Source of the DNA: Zavarzinia sp.
GTDB taxonomy: Bacteria; Pseudomonadota; Alphaproteobacteria; Zavarziniales; Zavarziniaceae
Assembly: GCA_025869435.1 (NCBI GenBank)
Contig: JAOZVS010000089.1
Location: forward strand, 3,744 to 67,743
DNA: 64,000 nt
Reading direction: 5' to 3'
A program made the position numbers and the translations under genes. Below the pieces are notes generated by a model, which saw only the letters and a program-made list of their open reading frames with translations, was not told the DNA's origin and searched no databases. This document shows positions 8,721 to 18,526 of this stretch, in pieces. Within the stretch, counting starts at the first letter, position 1, and each line of letters starts with the position of its first letter.

Positions 8721-11228
8721 ATGAGCACGATTGTCGGCACTGTCTTCGCGATCGCGGGCCTGCTTGCGCTGATCAGCGTGCTGCCCGCGCTGGCCCAACG
8801 TCTGGCGGTGCCCTACAGCGTCGTCCTCGCCGTGGTCGGCATCGGCATCGGCGCCCTGTCCTCGGCGGCGGCCGCGACGGCGATCAGCGGCCCCATCGGC
8901 GACATGCTGCTGGAGTGGCGGGACTTCACGTCGAGTTCCGTCGTCTTCATGGTCGTGTTCCTGCCCGTGCTGCTGTTCGAGGCGTCGCTCGGCATCGATG
9001 TCCGCGAATTGCTGGACGATCTGTTCCCCGTGCTTCTGCTGGCCGTGGTCGCCGTGGTCGCGGCGACGGTCGCCGTCGGCGTCGCCCTGTCCTATGCCAG
9101 CCCCTTCAGCCTGATCCCCTGCCTGTTGCTGGCCTCCATCATCTCGACCACCGATCCCGCCGCCGTCGTCGCGATCTTCCGCGACCTGGGCGCGCCGCGG
9201 CGCCTGTCGCTGCTGGTCGAGGGCGAATCCGTCTTCAACGATGCCGCGGCCATCACCCTCTTCACCATGCTGATGGGCGCCCTGACCCGGGGCACCAGCC
9301 TCGACGGGCTGGACGGGCTGTGGCTGTTCCTCGAGCATTTCGCGATCGGCCTTGCACTCGGCTTCGCCTTCGGCTGGCTCGCCACCATGGTCGTGCCTTA
9401 CCTCCGCGACAATCGCCTCGCCGAACTGACCCTGACCGTGGGCGGCGCCTATCTCGCCTATATCGTGCCCGAGACCTACCTTCATGCCTCGGGCGTGGTC
9501 GCCGTCGTCGTCTTCGCCCTGACCTTCGGCGCCGTCGCCCGCCTGCGCATCGCGCCCGAGAACTGGCGCCACCTGCATCATTCCTGGCAGACCCTGGGCT
9601 TCTGGGCCAATTCGCTGATCTTCGTGCTCGCCGCCATGCTCGCCCCCAAGACGCTGGCGACCATGACCGGCGCGGATTTCGTCCTGCTGCTCGTCCTCGT
9701 CGGCTCGGCGCTGGCGGCGCGAGGGCTGGTCATCTTCGGGATGCTGCCGCTGATCACGGCGACCGGCCTTGCCCGCAAGGTGGCCTGGAGCTTCAAGGCG
9801 GTGATCGTCTGGGGCGGATTGCGCGGCGCCGTCACCCTCGCCCTTGCCCTGGCCGCGACCGAGAATCCCGATCTGCCGCCCGAGATGAAGCGCTTCATCG
9901 GCGTCCTTGCCACCACCTTCGTGCTGTGGACCCTGCTGGTGAACGGCCTCACCCTGAAGCCGCTGATCCGCCTCCTTGGCCTCGACAAGCTCTCGCCCGC
10001 CGATATCGCCACCCGCGACCGGGTGATGGCGCTCGGCCTGACCGAGGTCAAGGGCCATGCCGAACAGGTTGGCCGCAACCACCGGCTGACCGATGCGGCG
10101 GTCCGCCAGGTCACCGGCTATTACGAGCGCCGCCTTGGCGAACTTGAAGTCGCCGCCAGTCTCGACACGGGCGCGCGCTGCGGCGAGGACGTGGGCAGCG
10201 CCGCCCTCGTCACCCTCGCCCGGCGCGAACAGGCGGGCTATCTCGAAATGTTCGAGGAGCGGGTGATCGGCCGCGAACTGGCCGCGCCCCTCGCCACCAT
10301 GGCCAATGGCCTCGCCGATGCCGCGCGCGACGGCGGTCAGGCCGAATATCTGAAGGATTGCGCCCGGGTCACCCGTTTTCCGCCGCCCTTCCGCATCGCC
10401 CTGTTCCTGCAGCGCCGCTTTGGCTGGAACCGGCCGCTGGCGACCATTCTCGAAGCGCGGATGGAGCGGCTGCTGATCACCCAGGCCGCGCTCCGCGACC
10501 TCCAGACCTATGTCGAACACACGCTGGCGCCGGTGTTCGGCCGCGCCGCCGGCGATCTGCTGCTGCAGACGCTGGAACTCCGCCAGAAGGGGCTCGCCGA
10601 CGGGCTCGACGCGCTGAAACTGCAATATCCCGACTATGCCGCCGATCTCGAGGCGCGCTATCTCGCCCGGGCCGCCATGGGCCAGGAAACCGTCGCCTAT
10701 CGCCACATGCTGGAGGAAGGCGTCATCTCGCAGGAGGTGATGAACGCCCTGCTGCGCGACCTCGAAGGCCGGCGGGCACTGATCAGCCGTCCGCCCCGGC
10801 TTGACCTTCGGCTGTCGCGCGACGAACTGGTCAACCGCGTGCCGATCTTCGCCGGTCTCGGCCTCGCCCGCTGCGGCGCCGTGGGCGCCCTGATGAAACC
10901 GCATCTGGCGGTGCCGGGCGAGCGGATCATGTCGAGGGGCGAGCGCGGCGACCGGATGTATTTCATCTCGTCCGGCGCGGTCGAGGTCTCGGTCGGCGGC
11001 ACGCCGATCCGGCTCGGCTCCGGCGCCTTCTTCGGCGAGATGGCCCTGTTGTTCGATCAGCCGCGCAACGCCGATGTGACCGCCCTCGGCTATTGCCAGA
11101 TGCTGGAATTGTCGCGCCGCGACTTCGAGCGCCTGATGGCGTCGGACGAGTCCCTGCGGCGCACGATCACGGCGGCGGCCGAGACCAGGGCGCGCGGCCA
11201 CCGCGAAGGCACACCCGCGCCCGGCTGA
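8721..11228 (+). CDS. CPA1-family cation/H+ antiporter with C-terminal cyclic-nucleotide-binding domain
   Basis: FLPVLLFE, TDPAAV, GESVFNDA, WGGLRGAV; C-terminal FFGEMALL..PRNADV. Confidence 0.92.
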   Translation: MSTIVGTVFAIAGLLALISVLPALAQRLAVPYSVVLAVVGIGIGALSSAAAATAISGPIGDMLLEWRDFTSSSVVFMVVFLPVLLFEASLGIDVRELLDDLFPVLLLAVVAVVAATVAVGVALSYASPFSLIPCLLLASIISTTDPAAVVAIFRDLGAPRRLSLLVEGESVFNDAAAITLFTMLMGALTRGTSLDGLDGLWLFLEHFAIGLALGFAFGWLATMVVPYLRDNRLAELTLTVGGAYLAYIVPETYLHASGVVAVVVFALTFGAVARLRIAPENWRHLHHSWQTLGFWANSLIFVLAAMLAPKTLATMTGADFVLLLVLVGSALAARGLVIFGMLPLITATGLARKVAWSFKAVIVWGGLRGAVTLALALAATENPDLPPEMKRFIGVLATTFVLWTLLVNGLTLKPLIRLLGLDKLSPADIATRDRVMALGLTEVKGHAEQVGRNHRLTDAAVRQVTGYYERRLGELEVAASLDTGARCGEDVGSAALVTLARREQAGYLEMFEERVIGRELAAPLATMANGLADAARDGGQAEYLKDCARVTRFPPPFRIALFLQRRFGWNRPLATILEARMERLLITQAALRDLQTYVEHTLAPVFGRAAGDLLLQTLELRQKGLADGLDALKLQYPDYAADLEARYLARAAMGQETVAYRHMLEEGVISQEVMNALLRDLEGRRALISRPPRLDLRLSRDELVNRVPIFAGLGLARCGAVGALMKPHLAVPGERIMSRGERGDRMYFISSGAVEVSVGGTPIRLGSGAFFGEMALLFDQPRNADVTALGYCQMLELSRRDFERLMASDESLRRTITAAAETRARGHREGTPAPG

Positions 11229-11231
11229 ACC

Positions 11232-11870
11232 TCAGCGCAGCGGCAGGTCGAGAATGGCCTCGAGCTCGCGCAGGGCCTGATCGGCGCCATCGACCTTGAT
11301 CGTTGTCATGCCCATGGCCCGCGCCGGCTTCAGGTTGATGCCGAGATCATCGAGATAGACCGCTCGGCGCGGATCGACGCCGACGATTTCGCAGGCCATT
11401 TCATAGAAGCGCGGCTCGGGCTTGCGGGCCCCCACGCGCCGGCTTTCGATCACGGCGCCGAATTCCGCCATCACCTGGCCGACCTCGGCGGCATAGACCT
11501 CGCCCGCACCCGAATCATTCACGTTGTTGGTCAGGCAGGCGGTCTTGTAATGCCGCTTCACCCGGCGCAGCGCCTCGACCATTTCCGGCCTTATCGCGCC
11601 ATGGATGACCGCGACGACATCGCGGCCGCGAAGCTCGTGGCCAAGGGCGCGGGCCTCGGCGGCGAAGGCTTCGTCGAAACCGTCGAGATCGATTTCGCTG
11701 CGCTCGAACCTCGCCCAGGCGTTCGCATCGGGATTTTCCGCGTTGATCCGGCGGATCGTGTTGGCCGGCAGGCCGCGCGCCGCTTCCAGCGCGTTGAAGG
11801 CCTCGAACGGCGACGACAGGATGACCCCGCCGAAATCCCACAGGACGGCGTCGAAATCACGGCTCGGCAT
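11232..11870 (-). CDS. HAD-superfamily IA hydrolase
   Basis: WDFGGV, LTNN, RKPEPRFY, YLDDLGINL. Confidence 0.9.
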   Translation of the reverse strand: MPSRDFDAVLWDFGGVILSSPFEAFNALEAARGLPANTIRRINAENPDANAWARFERSEIDLDGFDEAFAAEARALGHELRGRDVVAVIHGAIRPEMVEALRRVKRHYKTACLTNNVNDSGAGEVYAAEVGQVMAEFGAVIESRRVGARKPEPRFYEMACEIVGVDPRRAVYLDDLGINLKPARAMGMTTIKVDGADQALRELEAILDLPLR

Positions 11871-11880
11871 TGTCTCTCCC

Positions 11881-12546
11881 TCAGGCTTGCGCCGGGCGAT
11901 GGGCCTTGAGAAAGACCGCCACCGCCGTATCGGCGAGGCGGGAAATGTCCGTCCTTTGCAATTGGTCGGCAAGCCCCAGCATTCGCCGAATGTGCAGGTC
12001 GCCGCGGATCATGCCGAAGAAGAGTTCGGCCGCGATGCGCGGGTCCTCGATGTCGAGATCGCCGCGCGCCCGCGCCCGTTCGAGATAGGCGGTCAGGGCC
12101 GCCATCACCTTGGCTGGCCCGGCGCGATAGAAACGGGCGGCGAGATCCGGGCGCCGTCCGGCCTCGGCCATCACGAGGCGCAGGGTCTTCAACGACTGCG
12201 GGCTGGTCAGCACGCCCATGAATTCATGGGCGACGGTCGACAGCGCCGCCTCCACCCCCAGGGTATCGAGATCGGCCGTCATCAGGCTGGCGAAACGCTC
12301 GACCGAACCTTGCGCCACCATCGCCTCGAACAGATCTTCCTTGGAGGCGAAATGGGCGTATACCGTCGCCTTTGAAACGCCGGCCTTGCGCGCCACCGCA
12401 TCCATCGAGGTGCCGGCGAAGCCCTGGTCCATGAACAGTTCGGACGCCGCCGCCATCACCTGGCGCTGCTTGACGGAAGGACTGGCGCTGCCCTCGCCTT
12501 CATCGGAAGGAGCGGTCGCCGCCGCGGATTTCGCCGTGGACATCAT
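11881..12546 (-). CDS. TetR/AcrR-family transcriptional regulator
   Basis: HTH GFAGTSMDAVARKAGVSKATVYAHFASKEDLF; divergent from emrAB-like genes. Confidence 0.93.
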   Translation of the reverse strand: MMSTAKSAAATAPSDEGEGSASPSVKQRQVMAAASELFMDQGFAGTSMDAVARKAGVSKATVYAHFASKEDLFEAMVAQGSVERFASLMTADLDTLGVEAALSTVAHEFMGVLTSPQSLKTLRLVMAEAGRRPDLAARFYRAGPAKVMAALTAYLERARARGDLDIEDPRIAAELFFGMIRGDLHIRRMLGLADQLQRTDISRLADTAVAVFLKAHRPAQA

Positions 12547-12641
12547 GATCGATAAACCTTGTCACCCGGCCGGCCCATAAGCTGCCATGCGCATGATGCA
12601 TGAACTGGGGAGATGTGCGCCAACCTTGTTGGTGTTATATC

Positions 12642-12668
12642 AACTGAACTGAACCGTTTAGTCTAGTT
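12642..12668. promoter_or_regulatory. Probable TetR operator between the regulator and emrA
   Basis: Imperfect inverted repeat AACTGAACTGAAC-C-GTTTAGTCTAGTT (10/13 arm match) in an AT-rich divergent intergenic region. Confidence 0.6.
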
Positions 12669-12691
12669 TCGAAAATGCGAGAGCTGATGTC

Positions 12692-13762
12692 ATGAAAGCG
12701 CATGTGAAGTTCGGCCTGCTGGGCCTCGTGGCGCTGGTCGCCGCCGGCTTCCTCGGCTGGCTCTACATGACGCGGCATCTGGTCAGCACCGACGATGCCT
12801 ATGTCGCCGCCGACATCGCCCCGATCAGCACCAAGGTCGAGGGCACGGTGGCCGAGGTCCTGGTGACCGACAACCAGACCGTCCGCCCCGGCGACATCCT
12901 GCTGCGCATCGACGACGCCAACTACAGGGCCGAGGCTGACGCCGCCCGCGCCGCCACCGCCGCCGCCGCCGCCGATGTCGAGACCCTGAGCCAGCAACTG
13001 GCGCAGCAGGCCTCGCATATCGCCGCGGCACGCGCCGATGCCGACAGCGCCGCCGCCGAGGCCGAGCGCGCCGCCCGCGACCTCGCCCGGCAGAGCAAGC
13101 TCGGCAACAGCGATTTCGCCACCCGCCAGAATGTCGAGACCGCCAGGGCCGACGACGCCAAGGCCCGCGCCGCGCTCGACCGCGGCAAGGCCAATGTCGC
13201 CATCGCCGAATCCGATACCGCCGTGCTGCAGGCCCGGCTGCTCGAAGCCCGCGCCACGCTCGATCGCACCAAGGCCCAGCAGGCCCTGGCCGAGCGCAAC
13301 CTGACCGACACGGTGATCCGGGCGCCTTCCGCCGGCGTCGTCGGCAACCGGGGCGTCGTCGCCGGCCAATATGTCCGGCCCGGCGTCATCATGATGTCGA
13401 TCGTGCCGGTCGATGCCCTGTGGATCGACGCCAATTTCAAGGAAACCCAGCTCGCGGCCATGGGTCCCGGCCAGCCGGTCGAGGTCACCGTCGACGCCAT
13501 GCCCGGCATCACCCTGCACGGCAGGATCGAGAGTTTCAGCCCGGCCTCCGGCGCGCTGTTCAGCCTGCTGCCGCCCGAGAACGCCAGCGGCAACTTCACC
13601 AAGGTCGTGCAGCGCATCCCGGTGAAGATCGTGCTCGACGCGGCCGAGACCCATGGCCGCCTGGTTCCCGGCCTGTCGGTCGTCGTCACCGTCGACACCT
13701 CGGCCGAGCCCGCGCGCAGCGCCTATATTCCGGCCCCGGCCGCGATCGCCCAGGGCGAATAG
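12692..13762 (+). CDS. emrA: EmrA/HlyD-family membrane fusion protein
   Basis: STDDAYV, ANFKETQL, LLPPENASGNFTKVVQRIPVKI. Confidence 0.92.
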   Translation: MKAHVKFGLLGLVALVAAGFLGWLYMTRHLVSTDDAYVAADIAPISTKVEGTVAEVLVTDNQTVRPGDILLRIDDANYRAEADAARAATAAAAADVETLSQQLAQQASHIAAARADADSAAAEAERAARDLARQSKLGNSDFATRQNVETARADDAKARAALDRGKANVAIAESDTAVLQARLLEARATLDRTKAQQALAERNLTDTVIRAPSAGVVGNRGVVAGQYVRPGVIMMSIVPVDALWIDANFKETQLAAMGPGQPVEVTVDAMPGITLHGRIESFSPASGALFSLLPPENASGNFTKVVQRIPVKIVLDAAETHGRLVPGLSVVVTVDTSAEPARSAYIPAPAAIAQGE

Positions 13763-13772
13763 GGCCGGCGCC

Positions 13773-15404
13773 ATGTCGAGCAGCAGCGCCGCCGCCGTCC
13801 AGCCGCCCGCGGCGCCCCCGCCCGCCCAGGCGGCGACGACCATCCGCATGGACGCAGCCGGCAACCCGCGACCGGAGAAGCGCCATCTGATCGGCTTCTT
13901 CGTCATGGTCGTCGGCATGTTCATGGCGATCCTCGACATCCAGATCGTCGCCTCCTCCCTGTCCGAGATCCAGGCCGGCCTCGGCGCCGCGCCCGACGAA
14001 ATCGGCTGGGTGCAATCGTCCTATCTGATCGCCGAAGTCGTCATCATTCCGCTGTCGGGCTGGCTGTCGCAGGTGATTTCCACCCGCTGGCTCTTCGTCA
14101 TTTCCTGCGGCGGCTTCACCCTCGCCTCGCTCGCCTGCGCCTTCTCGTGGTCGATCGAATCGATGATCTTCTTCCGCGTGCTGCAGGGTTTCCTCGGCGG
14201 CGCGATGATCCCGACGGTCTTCGCCACCTCCTTCTTCGTCCTCGGCCGCAACAATCCCCGCGCCTCGATCCTGATGGGCCTGATCGCCACCATGGGGCCG
14301 ACCCTCGGCCCGACCCTGGGCGGCTGGATCACCTCGGCCCTGTCCTGGCACTGGCTGTTCCTGCTGAACATCATCCCCGGCATCTTCGTCACCCTGACGA
14401 CGGCGACGCTGATGGACATCGACCGGCCGAACCTGAAACTGCTCAAGGGCTTCGACCTTCAGGGCATCTTCGCCGTCGCGGTCTTCCTCGGCTCGATGCA
14501 ATATGTCCTCGAGGAAGGCGCCAAGGACGACTGGTTCCAGTCGGACACGATCGTCGGCTTCACCGCCGCCGCCCTCGTCGGCGCCTGCTGGTTCTTCTGG
14601 CGCTCCTTCACCTATGCCCGGCCGGTGATCGACCTGCGGGTCTTTTCCAACCGCAATTTCGCCATCGGCTGCCTGATCGCCTTTTCGATCGGCTTCGGCA
14701 TGTATGGCTCGGTCTATGTGCTGCCGCTGTTTCTCGCCCGGGTCTCGGGTTACGACAGCTATCACATCGGCACGGTGCTGGCCGTCACGGGTCTGTGCCA
14801 GTTCCTGGCGACGCCGATCGCCGGCATCCTGTCCCGCAAGCTCGACGCGCGGGTGGTGCTGGGCATCGGCGTGTTCTTCTTCGCCCTCGGCGTTTACCTG
14901 AACACCTTCCTGACCTCGGAATCCGGCTTTTCCGATTTCGTGCTGCCCCAGGCGGTGCGTGGCTTCGGCATCATGATGTGCATGATCCCGGCCAACATGC
15001 TGGCCCTCGGCGCCCTCGGCATCGACCAGATGAAGAACGGCTCGGGGCTTTACAATCTGATGCGCAACACGGGCGGCGCCTTCGGCCTCGCCGCCATCAA
15101 CACCCTGCTGACCGACCGGCTGGCGCTTCACGTCTCGCGCCTGTCGGAAGCGGTGAATCCGGCCCGGCTGGCCGCGACCGAGAAGCTGGAAGGCCTGTCG
15201 ACCTATATCTCGACATCCGCCGGCGGCACCATCGACGGCGACAAGGGCGCCCTGTCGATGCTGCGCCAGATCGTGCAGCAACAGGCTTCGGTCCTGGCCT
15301 TCACCGATGTCCTGCTGATCATGGCCGGCGTCTTTGTCTTCGTGCTGCTGTTCGTGCCCCTGATGCGCCTGCCCCGGGCGACGACGATCGTCGCCGAACA
15401 CTGA
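13773..15404 (+). CDS. emrB: EmrB/QacA DHA2-family MFS efflux permease
   Basis: FMAILDIQIVASSL, WVQSSYLIAE, GPTLGG, SGLYNLMRN; multi-TM. Confidence 0.92.
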   Translation: MSSSSAAAVQPPAAPPPAQAATTIRMDAAGNPRPEKRHLIGFFVMVVGMFMAILDIQIVASSLSEIQAGLGAAPDEIGWVQSSYLIAEVVIIPLSGWLSQVISTRWLFVISCGGFTLASLACAFSWSIESMIFFRVLQGFLGGAMIPTVFATSFFVLGRNNPRASILMGLIATMGPTLGPTLGGWITSALSWHWLFLLNIIPGIFVTLTTATLMDIDRPNLKLLKGFDLQGIFAVAVFLGSMQYVLEEGAKDDWFQSDTIVGFTAAALVGACWFFWRSFTYARPVIDLRVFSNRNFAIGCLIAFSIGFGMYGSVYVLPLFLARVSGYDSYHIGTVLAVTGLCQFLATPIAGILSRKLDARVVLGIGVFFFALGVYLNTFLTSESGFSDFVLPQAVRGFGIMMCMIPANMLALGALGIDQMKNGSGLYNLMRNTGGAFGLAAINTLLTDRLALHVSRLSEAVNPARLAATEKLEGLSTYISTSAGGTIDGDKGALSMLRQIVQQQASVLAFTDVLLIMAGVFVFVLLFVPLMRLPRATTIVAEH

Positions 15405-15440
15405 CATTCGTCCAAAATGTGAGGACAGTTCACTTTTTCA

Positions 15441-15483
15441 TTGCCACATCTGCACCCTCGAATTAGTCTGACAGAAAATCAGA
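15441..15483 (+). promoter_or_regulatory. Putative sigma70 promoter with overlapping palindrome upstream of the diiron gene
   Basis: TTGCCA(15441)-N17-TAGTCT(15464); palindrome TCTGA-N7-TCAGA at 15467-15483. Confidence 0.45.
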
Positions 15484-15531
15484 TCACCCCGACACCAAAC
15501 AACACGGGGGATCCCAAGGGAGGGTAATGGA

Positions 15532-16650
15532 ATGAATGCTCTGGTCTCCCAGATCACGAAGGATCCGGCTTACAACACGGTCCGGCCCAACGACTTCGGC
15601 GCCATGATCGCCGTCGATCGCTATGGCCAGCGCTCGACCGCGTTCGACAAGATCATCACCGCGACCCATGACCATTTCTGGGACCCGCTCGATCCGGCCT
15701 ATATCGACTTCTCCCAGCCCTTCGACATGGAAAACCAGCCACTGCTGCCCTTCGACCTGATGGTCGAGCTGCAGTCGGCCGTCGCCGACAAGCTGGACGA
15801 AAAGCAGAAGATCCAGCTCGTCAACATGAACACCCATTGGTCGCTGTCGTCGATCCTGCACGGCGAACAGGGCGCGCTCGGCCTGTCGGCCAGCCTGTGC
15901 CACATCCTGGTCGATCCGGGCGCGCAGGAATATGCCGCCAATCAGGCCCGGGAAGAGGCGCGCCATGTCACCGCCTTCACCCGCTACATCCAGGCCCGCT
16001 GGGGCAAGCCGGCGCCGGTCGGCCCGATCCTCGGCAACCTTTTGACCGAACTCGTGCTGGCGGAAGAAGTCTACAAGAAGCTGGTCGGGATGCAGATGCT
16101 GGTCGAGGGTCTCGCCATGGGCGCCTTCGCCATGCTGCACGCCAAGACCTTCGATCCCCTTCTGAAGAAGACCACCCAGCTGGTCATGACCGACGAGGCC
16201 TTCCACCACAAGTTCGGGAAGATCTGGGCCGACCGGACCATGCCGAAGCTGAGCCAGGAAGAACACGACAAGGTCGAGGACTGGGCCTTCAACTGCTTCC
16301 AGTCGCTGTTCTTCAATCTGGTCTCGCCCGACCAGAAGGGCTGGATCTACGAGCGTCTCGGCCTCGATCCCGCCTGGGTGCAGGCCGCCGTGCTGGAAGC
16401 CGCGACCGACGACCTGCGCCGCGAGCGCATGAAGGACGGCACCGACATCTTCCGCGTGCTGATCAAGACGCTGCTGAACGCCGGCATCATCACCGACCGC
16501 ACCAAGTGGTTCTACGAGCAGTATGTCGACATGGTCCAGCTGAAGGCCGAGGGCGACTACAGCGTGGGCGACGCCATCGCCGAGGAAGGCATCGAATATC
16601 TGAAGGGTATCAACAAGAACCGTAAGAGCTTCGGCAAGGCGGTCGCGTAA
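15532..16650 (+). CDS. Ferritin-like diiron protein (AurF-like oxygenase family)
   Basis: HGEQGA, REEARH, LVEG, TDEAFHH diiron ligand set; good SD and strongly biased codon use. Confidence 0.8.
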   Translation: MNALVSQITKDPAYNTVRPNDFGAMIAVDRYGQRSTAFDKIITATHDHFWDPLDPAYIDFSQPFDMENQPLLPFDLMVELQSAVADKLDEKQKIQLVNMNTHWSLSSILHGEQGALGLSASLCHILVDPGAQEYAANQAREEARHVTAFTRYIQARWGKPAPVGPILGNLLTELVLAEEVYKKLVGMQMLVEGLAMGAFAMLHAKTFDPLLKKTTQLVMTDEAFHHKFGKIWADRTMPKLSQEEHDKVEDWAFNCFQSLFFNLVSPDQKGWIYERLGLDPAWVQAAVLEAATDDLRRERMKDGTDIFRVLIKTLLNAGIITDRTKWFYEQYVDMVQLKAEGDYSVGDAIAEEGIEYLKGINKNRKSFGKAVA

Positions 16651-16666
16651 GGGCTTACCCTCTGGC

Positions 16667-16704
16667 AAAGGGCCGTCGGCGCGAGCCGGCGGCCCCTTTC
16701 TTTT
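16667..16704 (+). terminator. Rho-independent terminator
   Basis: GGGCCGTCGGC-GCGA-GCCGGCGGCCC hairpin followed by CTTTCTTTT. Confidence 0.85.
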
Positions 16705-16710
16705 GCCCGC

Positions 16711-17784
16711 TCAATACGGCAGGGGATCGAAGCAGCGATCCTCGTCGAGGCGGAAGCCCTCGGCATTGCCGGCGCGCGCCCGCCAGGCCGCGGTCAGCGG
16801 CCGCTCGTCATCGCCGGTCAGCGCGTGATAGGCGGGCAGGTCGGGCGTGCCCCCGACTCGGTAGCAGTTCTTCGCCGCGCCCGGCACCTCGATGCACAGG
16901 GCCTCGCCGCTGAAATCCCGCTTCACCGACCAGCGGCCGACCTTGGCGCAGCGGCCCTCCAGCCGGACGAAGCGCCAGTTGCCATCGAAATAATCGACAG
17001 TTGGGCGCGGATCACCATTGACCGAATGCAGGTCGAAGGTCCGGTCGCGCAGGATGGCGGCCAGCGGCGATGCCGGCCCCCCTTGCGTCGAGGGCAACCA
17101 ATGTTCGTCGCCCCGCGAAAGCCCGACCATCCGCCCGGCGAATTCGCGCATGAAGCCGCTCAAGCCGTCGGTCGCGACCGTCGATAGCGCCAGGGTCGCG
17201 TTCTCGCACGCCAGTTGCCAGCCATCGGGGTTGCGATAGCGCCGTTCGGCCGCGACCCGGGTCTCGACCACCTTGCCGGAGGCATATTGGACATGGATGA
17301 CGGCCGAGAGGTCGATCCGCGCGGTCGAGGCATGATGCGAGATTTCGGCGAAATGCTTGCGGTCGAACCAGAAGCGCCGCTCGAACGACAGGTCGGCGAC
17401 CGGCGGATCCGCCGTCACCACGATCTGCCCGGCATAGCCCCCGGCCCGCAGCGCCGCGGGATCGAGCATCTCGGCGCCGATCTCGTAGGCTTCGACCGTG
17501 GGCGCCACCACCCGCCGGATGGACAGGTCGAAAGCCTCGCGCAGGTCGAGCGTGACGGCCTCGGCGTTGCAGTCGTAATCGGACGGCAGGACCCGGGTCG
17601 CCAGCGCCTCGTCGCGCAGGACCAGCAGATATTTGCCGGGATGCGGCGCGATCCTGACCATGGGCGGCGCCTCGACCGCCTCGACCGGCGCATCGAGATC
17701 GGTGCCCCAGCCATAGCCGAGGTCGAAGGCGCAACCGCCCAGCAGCAGCGCGGCCGTCGTGACCAGAATCATCGCGGTCTTCAA
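16711..17784 (-). CDS. Hypothetical lipoprotein
   Basis: TTG start, lipobox LLLGG-C, several paired Cys, no recognised catalytic motif. Confidence 0.7.
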   Translation of the reverse strand: MKTAMILVTTAALLLGGCAFDLGYGWGTDLDAPVEAVEAPPMVRIAPHPGKYLLVLRDEALATRVLPSDYDCNAEAVTLDLREAFDLSIRRVVAPTVEAYEIGAEMLDPAALRAGGYAGQIVVTADPPVADLSFERRFWFDRKHFAEISHHASTARIDLSAVIHVQYASGKVVETRVAAERRYRNPDGWQLACENATLALSTVATDGLSGFMREFAGRMVGLSRGDEHWLPSTQGGPASPLAAILRDRTFDLHSVNGDPRPTVDYFDGNWRFVRLEGRCAKVGRWSVKRDFSGEALCIEVPGAAKNCYRVGGTPDLPAYHALTGDDERPLTAAWRARAGNAEGFRLDEDRCFDPLPY

Positions 17785-17931
17785 TGGGCATCCCCCGTCA
17801 ATCGCCTGATTCTACGGAGCACGGGAGAAGGCGGCAATCGCTGATCGACCTCGCGCCGGATCGACATCGGGCGGTATCGGGCAGCCCCGACATTTCCGCA
17901 TGACGGGAAAGCGCTGGACGTTGGCCGGGCC

Positions 17932-17958
17932 TGTAACCTCGCCACGGGGGCCGGCGAA
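17932..17958 (+). promoter_or_regulatory. ECF16/SigF-type promoter candidate
   Basis: Exact TGTAACC-N16-CGAA, followed by SD-like AAGGA and ATG at 17977. Confidence 0.55.
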
Positions 17959-18192
17959 CTTCAGGACAAGGACGAGATGAAGACGAGGATCGCAGACAGA
18001 GGCTTCCAACCCGCCAACCGCGCCTGGGTCATTCCCCGCAGCGGCGGCCGCCAGCGACCGATACCCGTTTTCACGCCCTTGTAAGAGACGCGCGGCTCGC
18101 GCAGCCAGGCTTGACACCATCGAACCCCGAACGCGGGCCTGTCCCGCCACGGCGGGAACGTCCCCGCCTATGTAATCAGAAAGGTTACTATC

Positions 18193-18492
18193 ATGAACAC
18201 CCGTAACATCTTCTCGGCCCTCGCCATCCTCTCGGTCGCCGCCATCGCCTCGACCGGCGCCAGCGCGGCGCAGCAGTCCGGCGGCAGGGACGGCTACGGT
18301 CCCGGCATCACCTACGCGCAGAAGGCGACGCCGAGCAGCGTCCTGTCCCTCGCCCTCATCGATAACGACCCGATGGGCGGCCCCGGCATCGTCGTGCAGA
18401 ACGCGCCGACCGCCAACGCGGGCCAGACCGATCGTTTCGGCGATCTCGAGATCGTCGCGGACTACCCGTCCAGCGAGCGTAACGGCCGCTGA
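18193..18492 (+). CDS. Small secreted hypothetical protein
   Basis: SD GAAAGG, Sec signal MNTRNIFSALAILSVAAIASTGASA, host-like codon usage, downstream hairpin. Confidence 0.75.
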   Translation: MNTRNIFSALAILSVAAIASTGASAAQQSGGRDGYGPGITYAQKATPSSVLSLALIDNDPMGGPGIVVQNAPTANAGQTDRFGDLEIVADYPSSERNGR

Positions 18493-18526
18493 CGCCGGGA
18501 CTCGACTCGCCTCTTCCGTTGGAAGG

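Noticed and set aside
8700-11201. 833-aa antisense ORF over the antiporter, and similar ones at 13686-15407, 21542-23293 and 44504-46375
   Set aside because: Same shadow-frame artefact; the opposite strand carries the recognisable proteins.
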